A stretch of 41,954 nt of DNA, taken from a virus. Taxonomy: Duplodnaviria; Heunggongvirae; Uroviricota; Caudoviricetes. Below are positions 17,023 to 25,289 of the stretch, one piece after another (the stretch's first letter is position 1; every line of letters starts with the position of its first letter). Where the stretch lies: IMG/VR virus record IMGVR_UViG_3300029509_000119, positions 127,909 to 169,862 of that record; one strand, 5' to 3'. The notes beneath the pieces are model-generated. The model was not told where the DNA came from and did no database searches. It saw only the letters and a program-made list of their open reading frames with translations. The translations under genes and the position numbers were made by a program.

Positions 17023-17159
17023 GTTTAGGATTCTCATGCAAAAGTTTAGGATTCTCGTGCAAAAGCTCATTTTTGGTTTAGGATTCTCATGCAGAAGTTT
17101 AGGATTCTCATGCAGAAGTTTAGGATTCTCGTGCAAAAGTTTAGGATTCTCGTGCAGAG
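17023..17159. repeat. Iterons: six 21-bp repeats GTTTAGGATTCTCRTGCARAA (last copy ends AG)
   Basis: Copies at 17023, 17044, 17076, 17097, 17118 and 17139 (spacings 21, 32, 21, 21, 21), directly upstream of repA. Confidence 0.9.
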
Positions 17160-17202
17160 GCACCTTCTCAGCCTTACTGACACAAGGGCTTTCGGGTGCC
17201 CT

Positions 17203-17297
17203 CATAAGTATACATAAATAACATAAGTAACATAATATATATAGTGTCCAAATTTTTTTAAAATTTGAAAAAGCAAAAATCATAAAAAATGTTTTTT
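17203..17297. other. AT-rich DNA unwinding element of the plasmid origin
   Basis: Very AT-rich stretch with tandem 9-mers TACATAAAT AACATAAGT AACATAATA next to the iterons. Confidence 0.7.
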
Positions 17298-17559
17298 GTC
17301 GGGAAGCCGTTAGACAACGCGTCTCTCTTTGCTGGGTGGACAGGTTCAATCCTTGGCTCGGGTAATCGTATGGTGTCTTCCCTCTTTGCTGAAAGCCGGA
17401 CAATCCTCACTGCTTGTGAACCGTTGTTGAGCGTAACCGTTTTTCCGGGTATTCATCGGTTTGGGAATGCCTGTCGCTTTTTCCGTGCTTTTCGGAATCT
17501 TCCAACGTTTGTTGCGTTAGACTGGATTAGTCCACATTGACTAAACGGAAAAGAGAATA

Positions 17560-17838
17560 ATGCTTCTGCCTATCGCTCTTCCAACCGGTTCCCCCATTTG
17601 GAATCCGCTTGACGACGAGACCGTTCGCGGCAGGTATTGCGATGGTGCCTACGTGCAGACAGGTCTTCCAGACGATGGTGCCGCTTACGACGCGTGGCTT
17701 GCCGAGCATGACCGTATCGTCGCTTTAAAGGCCCTTCAAGGGCTTTCCGTCAAAATCGAGACCAATCATACCCGTAAGGACATAATCAACCTTCTAAAAG
17801 CCGATATCAGCGCATTGGAGATGGGACGCCGAAAATGA
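17560..17838 (+). CDS. Hypothetical protein (phage-like)
   Basis: 92 aa, AYDAWLAEHDR motif, stop overlaps the next start (ATGA). Confidence 0.55.
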   Translation: MLLPIALPTGSPIWNPLDDETVRGRYCDGAYVQTGLPDDGAAYDAWLAEHDRIVALKALQGLSVKIETNHTRKDIINLLKADISALEMGRRK

Positions 17839-18020
17839 GATTCACACTGCATCCGACCGACAAGGGAACCAGCCGTTGCGTCCGCTGCGGCGTCAGGAAA
17901 ACCCCATACGACGGGGAGACCATGTGCCAGCACTGTCTGGGCGTGCATGAGTCCGGCAATCACCGTCCGTTCGGAGAATCGTCATGGTTCGGAGGAGCGT
18001 CATGGTTCGTCAAACCGTAG
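17835..18020 (+). CDS. Small zinc-finger protein
   Basis: CVRC...CQHC, translationally coupled by ATGA overlap. Confidence 0.5.
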   Translation: MRFTLHPTDKGTSRCVRCGVRKTPYDGETMCQHCLGVHESGNHRPFGESSWFGGASWFVKP

Positions 18021-19018
18021 CGGTGGAACGCGGCGGATACCGTCTGACCATCAGCATCCCCGTCGAATGGTGGAGCGGCACCGACACGATACAGACCGAA
18101 AAGACCCGCGCCCTGCGCCGTGCGAGAATCCGCCGGTACGCGAAAGACAAGTGGCGGAGCCTGAAGACCATGAGACAGGCGTGGAAGGTCGAACGGTTCC
18201 TAGCCGTCGTCACCGTGTCCCCGCCGCATGGCGGCAGCGTGTTCCCCGCCCGCGCTGCGGAGACCGTGAAGCCGATAATCGACGCGGGTTCGAACGTGCG
18301 CCTGTGGGATGACGACGACAGTCTGCACCGGCATTCGACCATCTACCTGCAATCGCCCATCGAAGCGCCGTCCGGCTGTTATCTGCTGGACATCCTCATC
18401 ATCCCGATTTCCGACGAGAACCCGCAGTATCAGATTACGGGCGGATTGGCGGCGAGCGTGGTCGGCATGTGGCGGAACATTCCCGTGGAGGAGCGTCCCG
18501 CATGGTGTGACGGGTATGAGGTGAGATTCAGCGTCCCCGACCGAATCTGGATTACCAGCAACTACACGGATTCTGACTTGCAGGCCCGCCAGCAGGGACG
18601 ACGCAAGGCGGACACGTGGGGGAGGGGCGACGCGTTCGGCGTGCGCGGGAAGGTCGTGTCGCAGCTCGTCGCCTACGCGGAGGAGTGTTGGAGACGCCAA
18701 CCCTACTGCGGGTACGCCAAATACGTCGTCATAGCCAGCATCGCATACCCCTACGGCGTGGGACGGGCCGACCCGGACAACGCCGCCGAAACCGTGAACG
18801 CGATTCTGAGGGCGGGAACGAACGTCGGCGCATGGCATGGAGTCACATCGGACTGTTGCAAGGGCGTCGCTTTCGTCCGGTCGAAGAACCTGAACCACGG
18901 GGGGCGGCATATGGTCCGACTGCTCGTGTTCCCCGTGCCCGACGGGTTCCAAATGCTGGACGCGATAGCGGATTCGGCGGACGCGAGCTGGGCTGAACAC
19001 GACCGGAGGCTGAATTGA
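18002..19018 (+). CDS. Tandem two-domain RusA-like endonuclease
   Basis: Internal duplication: AAETVKPIIDAG..LWDDDD in the N-domain and YP...RADPDNAAETVNAILRAG in the C-domain. GGAGGAG RBS. Confidence 0.6.
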   Translation: MVRQTVAVERGGYRLTISIPVEWWSGTDTIQTEKTRALRRARIRRYAKDKWRSLKTMRQAWKVERFLAVVTVSPPHGGSVFPARAAETVKPIIDAGSNVRLWDDDDSLHRHSTIYLQSPIEAPSGCYLLDILIIPISDENPQYQITGGLAASVVGMWRNIPVEERPAWCDGYEVRFSVPDRIWITSNYTDSDLQARQQGRRKADTWGRGDAFGVRGKVVSQLVAYAEECWRRQPYCGYAKYVVIASIAYPYGVGRADPDNAAETVNAILRAGTNVGAWHGVTSDCCKGVAFVRSKNLNHGGRHMVRLLVFPVPDGFQMLDAIADSADASWAEHDRRLN

Positions 19019-19308
19019 GTTGGAAAAGCGTATTGGGCAAGACCCTGCTTGGTGTGGGCGTTCTGTTTGCGACCGTCGTCTACATGTCGTTCGACGTTCC
19101 CGCAGACGGCAGACTGGACATCCGTGAATCCATCCTGTCGCTTTTCGGCATGGTCGTGGGCTTCTGGATATTGGGTGAGACGTGGGGACGGTTGCTGTGG
19201 CGGCTCCTGCGTGTCCTCGCCAAGGACGTCGGCGTATTCGCCGAAACCGTGTTCGTCCACGTTTCCGACCGACTGCCCAAGAATCGGAAGCGTAAGAAAA
19301 ACCGGTAG
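19015..19308 (+). CDS. Small membrane protein (2 TM)
   Basis: TTG start overlaps the upstream stop, two hydrophobic helices, basic tail. Confidence 0.55.
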   Translation: MSWKSVLGKTLLGVGVLFATVVYMSFDVPADGRLDIRESILSLFGMVVGFWILGETWGRLLWRLLRVLAKDVGVFAETVFVHVSDRLPKNRKRKKNR

Positions 19309-19412
19309 ATTACCTCAACCCGACGGTTATCAACCTTTAGGATTGTAGACTGGAATCTGATGTTGGAAAAGCCTCCCGTTCACGGAGGATTCAAGCCTAG
19401 GAAGGATATGAC

Positions 19413-20828
19413 ATGGCCTACAATCCGGCACAGCCACGAAACCCCATCGGACAATGGGCCAAATGGGGTCTGACCGTCGGCTGGCACGAATACGTTGACC
19501 GTCGCGGCAGAGTACGCAAATACTACAAGAACAACCTCTCCCAAATGCCCAGCGGCTACGAGATGATGCACGTCGGCGCAAGCGGACGCAACTTCAGCAA
19601 ACTCGACGACCATGACGTGCACGAGCGCGTGCACATCACCGGCACCGAGGACGGCGAACAGCTCGCCATCGCATCCACCGGCAACACCTGCTTCGGTGTC
19701 ATCAACCACGACCGCGAGGCTCCGGAACACACGTTGAGCGTATGCCGCGGCAACAAGTTCCAGCCGGTCAGCGAGAACCTGCCTCTGAACGAAACCAGTT
19801 TCGGCGGACGCGCAGCCCAATTGGAGGGACGCAAGGACGGGAAGGTCTACGACACCCTGAACGCGCAGGCCAACGAGCGAATCAACCGCGCCGCGTTCGA
19901 AGGCGAGAACGCGAAGGTGTACCACATCGACCCGAAGGACTTCGCCGAAGGGGAGGTCAAGGTACGCCACTACTACGAACGTGAACTGCACATGAGCAAC
20001 GCGGACGCGCGTTCCGCACCCGTCTACGTGTACATGGACAAGAACGGCAAACCGCAGGTGAAGGCCGCTCTGACCGTCAAAAAGGACGGTACCATCGGAC
20101 GCGCCCACAGTCCGAAGAACACGGGCGGCTCCCCGACCGCGAAGGTCAACGGCGACGATTTGACCCGCATGACCCGAGCCATGCAGGCCGAAGGCTTGGA
20201 CGACGTGCCATGCGCCATCAGCGCCGGAACCGGCACGCAGCGCAACGGACGCCCCCAGAACGCCCTACATTTCCGCAAGGAGTTCTACAAGAACAATGTC
20301 AGCGGCGACCATGTGACCTCTTGGGGCACCATCGAAATGGACAACAAAGGCACCGAAATCGAAAAAGCCCGTGGAGAGTTCAGCAACGACGCGGAATACG
20401 CGGCGTACAAGCAGAAAGTGGACGCGCGACGCTCCAACGCGGCTGCGAACTACTTCCATCCCGTTGACAGCGAGGACGCCGCGAAGCTCATGCGCCGCAA
20501 GACCGGCAACATGAACATCCCGCAGGACAGCATCGAAATGCGCCATCAGGACAAGACGGTGTCGTTCGCGGTTCGCGGAGAGCACACCAACACCCTCTAC
20601 GACGGTTACGGCTCCCGTGTCGGATACGAGGCGAACGACGCCGACGGATTCCGCAGCATGTTCAACTATTCGCACCAGAACAATCCGGTGCCCGCCCAAG
20701 CCATCAAGACCGGCACCGGCAGGCGTGAGGGACAGTACGGCGTCACCCTGAAGGACAAGTCCGGTGCGACCGTCGTGTCTTGGTACAACAAGCGCGGGCA
20801 CCATACCGACACCGAGCGCATGGTCTGA
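19413..20828 (+). CDS. Hypothetical protein with N-terminal YNPxQPRxxxGQW motif
   Basis: 471 aa, strongly GC3-biased codons, AGGAAGG RBS, own terminator. Confidence 0.8.
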   Translation: MAYNPAQPRNPIGQWAKWGLTVGWHEYVDRRGRVRKYYKNNLSQMPSGYEMMHVGASGRNFSKLDDHDVHERVHITGTEDGEQLAIASTGNTCFGVINHDREAPEHTLSVCRGNKFQPVSENLPLNETSFGGRAAQLEGRKDGKVYDTLNAQANERINRAAFEGENAKVYHIDPKDFAEGEVKVRHYYERELHMSNADARSAPVYVYMDKNGKPQVKAALTVKKDGTIGRAHSPKNTGGSPTAKVNGDDLTRMTRAMQAEGLDDVPCAISAGTGTQRNGRPQNALHFRKEFYKNNVSGDHVTSWGTIEMDNKGTEIEKARGEFSNDAEYAAYKQKVDARRSNAAANYFHPVDSEDAAKLMRRKTGNMNIPQDSIEMRHQDKTVSFAVRGEHTNTLYDGYGSRVGYEANDADGFRSMFNYSHQNNPVPAQAIKTGTGRREGQYGVTLKDKSGATVVSWYNKRGHHTDTERMV

Positions 20829-20873
20829 ACGCTCTGAAAACAATCCGACGATAAGGCCCGACCGTCCGAAACG

Positions 20874-20924
20874 AATTCAGGCGGACACGATTGGAGTAAG
20901 CCATCGTGTCCGCCTGAATTTTTT
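20874..20924 (+). terminator. Intrinsic terminator
   Basis: 18-bp stem AATTCAGGCGGACACGAT / ATCGTGTCCGCCTGAATT followed by a T-run. Confidence 0.85.
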
Positions 20925-21026
20925 CGAGGTTTTTTCCCACTTATACGAGGTTGATAGTCAACATATCCGCTAAGGTGGTAGACGAAAACCCCAGAAGAAA
21001 AATTCACATTTCGGATAGGACGTCAC

Positions 21027-24000
21027 TTGAGTTATTTGAATCATCTGAATTCCACCGCCGTCAAGAAAATCGGCGGAGCGGGCCTCGCGGCCGTCATGGC
21101 CGTAGGCTCCATTGGAACGGGAGCCGTGACTGCTTTGGCCGTTGACGACGCCAATCCCACGACCCCGCCATCCACTTCCGGCGACGACACCGCCACCACA
21201 AGCCGCAAACTCCAAACCACCTACGGCAAGCAGACCGTCACCTACGAGAAGGACGGCGACGGAAACTATGAGGCCACCATCAGCAAATATGACGGCGACC
21301 CATTGAAAGCGGCCACCGCCACGCTTGACGGCGAGGACAAGCCTATCGCATTGTCTGCTGAAACCCCGACGCTCAACATCGACCACAGCAAGGTTGGTAT
21401 CAGCCATCTGACCGGCACCGTCACCTACAAGGGCACGTTTGATGAGTCTGACACCGTAAGCCGCAAGGTCACACTGACCGTGAACGTGGACGAAACCTAC
21501 GGCAAGGAAGTCACCCTAAAGGACGGGACGAAGTTCGTCGTGCAAGGCGACACCAGCACCGCGAACGCCACACTGAACGGCGTGACCTTGGACAAGGACG
21601 GCAATCCGTCCGAAAACACCGTCCGCCTGTCGGACGGCACCACAGCCGCAATCGACTGGTCGAAACCCACATACGATTACAGGAACGGCTACACCGTCAC
21701 CAAAACCGGAACCGCGACCGCCAGAGTCGAAATCATGGACTTCAACTGGGACAGCGGCACCCGAATCGACGCCTACGGTTGGAACACGCACACGAGCGTG
21801 ACCGCATCCAACACCGCCAGCTGGTCAACCAACTATGAGGGCAACAGCATCCCATTCGCCACATCCGACGAGGACGGGAAGCAGCTCGCTTCCATGAACG
21901 GCAACACCATTCCTCAACGACTGGAAGTTACCGGCAGCAACGGCAGCAACGTGACCCTCACAAATCCGACCATCACGCCGGGAGCCACCACCGGCGCGGG
22001 CAAACTCGGCATGATTCACGAGACCGGCACAGCCGGATACTCCAAGAAAGCAGGAGGAATCCTCCCCGAATTCGCCGCGACCGTGAACTACACGAAGGAT
22101 TACGGCAAGGAAGTCACCTTGAAGGACGGCACCCCGTTCACCGTCCAACAGGACGGCAGGACAGCCGTGGTGGATTACACGAACAAGGACTACACCGTCA
22201 ACAAGGCGGGCAAGGTCGTCGGCAAGGACGGTAGGGAAATCACCAGTCTGAAACTGTCCGACGACACCGAACTGCCTATCACATGGGCTAAGACCACTGA
22301 CTCCAAAACCCATGTGACCACCGTCGTTGGAACCGTCAACCAGAAGTACAAGACCATCGACCCGGAAACCAAAGCCGAATACGAGTGGACGATTCAAGTC
22401 AACCAATCCTACTCCCGTACCGACACTTGGAGCGGCGAAGTCGAAGGGAAGACGTTCCAGTTCACGAACAATCCGGAAACCGGCGACCAATCCTATACGG
22501 CCACCGAACCATCCGGCAAGGTTCCGGGACGCATCACCGTGCATACGAACGATTCCGATGACACGTTCACATTGAAGCGTAGCGACTTGCAGGCTGTGAA
22601 GCTCACAGCCAACGGCACGTTCGCCCAAGTGGATGTGACCGGCACTGCCGTCTACCATGTCGGTGCTAAGAACGGCAATCCAGCGTTCGACGTTTCCATC
22701 CCATTCAAATATTCCACAGGTGAGAACATCACTCTGGCCGACGGCACCCAGTTCACCGTATCCGGAGAAAACCCGGACGGAACCGTGGAGGCCGTAGCCA
22801 ATGTGCCCGCCAACAAGTCCTATCGTGTGACCAAAGACCGCAAGGTCGTTGACAAGGACGGCAATGAGGTCAAGACCATCAAACTGTCCAACGGCAAAAG
22901 CCTGAACATCGCATGGAACGTCAGCGTGGACAATGCCACTCACGTGACATCCGCAACCGGCGTCGCCACAGGCAACTACGAGTACACGGACGTTCAGACC
23001 GGACAAACCAAAATCTGGCATATGACCGTCAACTTGGGTGACTATTCGCGCACCAACACTTGGTATGCGCAGCTCGGAGACGACAAGCTCCCGTTCGTGA
23101 ACCTTCCCAACATGGGCGGCAGCCAGTCACTCACCGCCCCGACCGTGAACGTCCGCCCCACCGCCGTGACCATCGGCTCCCTGAACAAGGACGACAACAC
23201 CCAGTTCAAAGTGGAACCGAAGTTCACCGAACAGCACATCACGTCCGGCGACAAGCTCGGCACCGCCATTGTGACGGGCACAGCCGTCTACCATGCCGAC
23301 GCGAACCCATCCTTGGGCTTGCCCCAATTCGACGTGACCGTCCCGTTCGAATATTCGATTGGCGAGGAAATCACACTGGACAACGGCACCGACAAAGGCA
23401 CCCCGTTCAGCAAGTACGAAGACGGCTCCTACCATGCTGGCTACTCCGCCACCGGCCTGTCCGACAAGGACAACAGCCCCTCCTACCATGAGGTCACACT
23501 GTCCAACAAGGACAAGGCCACCGTCCAATGGGAGTCCGCCCCCAAGACCATGGTGGGCGCGGACAACAAGAACAACATCATCGTATTGTCCGGAACCGCG
23601 ACCGGCGTCGTGACCGTCAAGGACGAGCACGGCAACAAGCTGGAGCAATCCTACACGGTGGGCACGCGCGACATCCGCGCCGAGGACAAGAGCTTCACGA
23701 AGATGACGCTCACCCAGACCTCCGCAGACGGCAAGTCCAAAAGCTACGAAATCAATAAGGAAGACTTCGACGAGAACCATCAGAAAACCGTCGAACTTCC
23801 CGCATCCGACGCCAAGGACTCGTTCTCCCTTTCCGCTGAACACGGCCTCGACGCTGAAGTGTCCCGCCCGAAACTGGGTGTTGACGGCACCAGCCGACTC
23901 ATCACCGTGACCGTGAACGGCGTGGACTACACGGTACGCGTCAACTTCAAGACCTCCGACCTCCAGCCGGACAGTCCCGCCAGACTTGACGGCATCTACG

Positions 24001-25052
24001 TGAATCTCACCGGCAAAGCCGAAAAAGGCACGCTCATCGACAATTGGAATCCGAACCGTCTCGACTACGTGGTCGCGTTGAAGGACGCCAACACCAGCGC
24101 CTACCTGCTGCCGGAAGCCCCGAAGGGAGTTACCGTCAAGGCCGGAAACGTGACCCAAAGCGCCCAATCCAACCGTCAGGAATGGACCGTCACCGACACT
24201 GCCACGGGCGCGACCCGCACGTACAGCGTGACCGTGACCCGTCCCGTCAAAACCGCCGTCACTGAATTCCAGCCGAAGGAGCCGGTGGAACAGTCTCCGG
24301 TCAAGACGCCGGACTCTCAGACTGACACGAGCCTCGCATCCGTCGGCTACGTCGGCAAGGACGGCAAGTATGTGCCCGTCACATCCGACAAATTCGAAAT
24401 CCCGGAAGGCGGAGTCTTCTCCTACGAGACGAAAGTCGGACAAAGCGCCGTCGCATCCAGTTCGCACAAGGGCATGACCTACACGTACACGGTCAGCGTC
24501 CTCTCTCCGGACGGGGCGACGTTCACCCAGCACGACTACACCGTCACCTACATCACCGCCATCACCCATAAGGCGGAACTGACGGGCATCGCGGTTGACG
24601 GAAAACTCATCAACGGGTTCGCTCCGGACAAAACCTCCTACGAAGTGGCTGTGGACAATCCCGACAAGTGGACGGTCGTCGGCCAGTACGACAAGGACAC
24701 GGGCATGAGCATCACCATCAACAAGAATGGCGCGGACGCCACGCTCACCGTCACGTCCGGTGATGGACTCGCATCCAAGGACTACAAGATTCACTCCACC
24801 AAGAAACCGTTCGGAGGCGCTGGCACCGCCGGTGTAAGCGACCTCGCGCAGACAGGCGTGAACACCGGAATCATCGGAATCGTCATCGTCGCGCTCCTTG
24901 CGGTCGGAGGAATTTTGACCGTGGCCGTAAAGAGGCTTGGCAAGCGTAATGCCGTCAAGCGGGTTGATGCCACGCCGGACAGTAGGACGGAATCCAATCC
25001 CGAGCCGGAAAGCGACTCCGATAAGAACAATCCGTCCAGCAAAGCCGAATAA
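21027..25052 (+). CDS. Sortase-anchored surface protein with repeated beta-sandwich and cadherin-like domains
   Basis: Signal peptide (KKIGGAGLAAVMAVG...ALA), four G[K/E].[V/I]TL.[D/N]G repeats, LTGIAVDGKLINGFAPDKTSY cadherin-like module, LAQTG plus TM plus basic tail. Confidence 0.85.
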   Translation: MSYLNHLNSTAVKKIGGAGLAAVMAVGSIGTGAVTALAVDDANPTTPPSTSGDDTATTSRKLQTTYGKQTVTYEKDGDGNYEATISKYDGDPLKAATATLDGEDKPIALSAETPTLNIDHSKVGISHLTGTVTYKGTFDESDTVSRKVTLTVNVDETYGKEVTLKDGTKFVVQGDTSTANATLNGVTLDKDGNPSENTVRLSDGTTAAIDWSKPTYDYRNGYTVTKTGTATARVEIMDFNWDSGTRIDAYGWNTHTSVTASNTASWSTNYEGNSIPFATSDEDGKQLASMNGNTIPQRLEVTGSNGSNVTLTNPTITPGATTGAGKLGMIHETGTAGYSKKAGGILPEFAATVNYTKDYGKEVTLKDGTPFTVQQDGRTAVVDYTNKDYTVNKAGKVVGKDGREITSLKLSDDTELPITWAKTTDSKTHVTTVVGTVNQKYKTIDPETKAEYEWTIQVNQSYSRTDTWSGEVEGKTFQFTNNPETGDQSYTATEPSGKVPGRITVHTNDSDDTFTLKRSDLQAVKLTANGTFAQVDVTGTAVYHVGAKNGNPAFDVSIPFKYSTGENITLADGTQFTVSGENPDGTVEAVANVPANKSYRVTKDRKVVDKDGNEVKTIKLSNGKSLNIAWNVSVDNATHVTSATGVATGNYEYTDVQTGQTKIWHMTVNLGDYSRTNTWYAQLGDDKLPFVNLPNMGGSQSLTAPTVNVRPTAVTIGSLNKDDNTQFKVEPKFTEQHITSGDKLGTAIVTGTAVYHADANPSLGLPQFDVTVPFEYSIGEEITLDNGTDKGTPFSKYEDGSYHAGYSATGLSDKDNSPSYHEVTLSNKDKATVQWESAPKTMVGADNKNNIIVLSGTATGVVTVKDEHGNKLEQSYTVGTRDIRAEDKSFTKMTLTQTSADGKSKSYEINKEDFDENHQKTVELPASDAKDSFSLSAEHGLDAEVSRPKLGVDGTSRLITVTVNGVDYTVRVNFKTSDLQPDSPARLDGIYVNLTGKAEKGTLIDNWNPNRLDYVVALKDANTSAYLLPEAPKGVTVKAGNVTQSAQSNRQEWTVTDTATGATRTYSVTVTRPVKTAVTEFQPKEPVEQSPVKTPDSQTDTSLASVGYVGKDGKYVPVTSDKFEIPEGGVFSYETKVGQSAVASSSHKGMTYTYTVSVLSPDGATFTQHDYTVTYITAITHKAELTGIAVDGKLINGFAPDKTSYEVAVDNPDKWTVVGQYDKDTGMSITINKNGADATLTVTSGDGLASKDYKIHSTKKPFGGAGTAGVSDLAQTGVNTGIIGIVIVALLAVGGILTVAVKRLGKRNAVKRVDATPDSRTESNPEPESDSDKNNPSSKAE

Positions 25053-25289
25053 TCCAACAAGCTTCGCCTTCCATGGCCCACCGTCATTCCGGTCGGAAAC
25101 GATTGGGGCGGTGTGCCATGGAGGGTGGAAACCGGGGAGACTGGTCTTGGGAACTCTCCTGCAAACCGTACTTAAGGCCAGCCTTCCCACCTTTATAACT
25201 GTACAATCCTAAAAAACTCGGGGGGGGGGCTTCCTTTTAGGGCCTTTCCCCTGTTTTCATGACATATTTAAGAAGGGAAGCCGAACGTT

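Noticed and set aside
17023..17159. CRISPR array interpretation of the 21-bp repeats
   Set aside because: Repeats are head-to-tail with no unique spacers, no cas genes are present, and they abut repA, so they are iterons.
16967..17403. ORFs 16967..17221 (+) and 16996..17403 (-) with 7-aa repeats
   Set aside because: They are translations of the iteron array and AT-rich origin, with no RBS or coding bias.
12516..19018. Prophage interpretation of the SSB/exonuclease/RusA genes
   Set aside because: No integrase, terminase, capsid or tail genes are present, and the genes flank a plasmid RepA-iteron origin.
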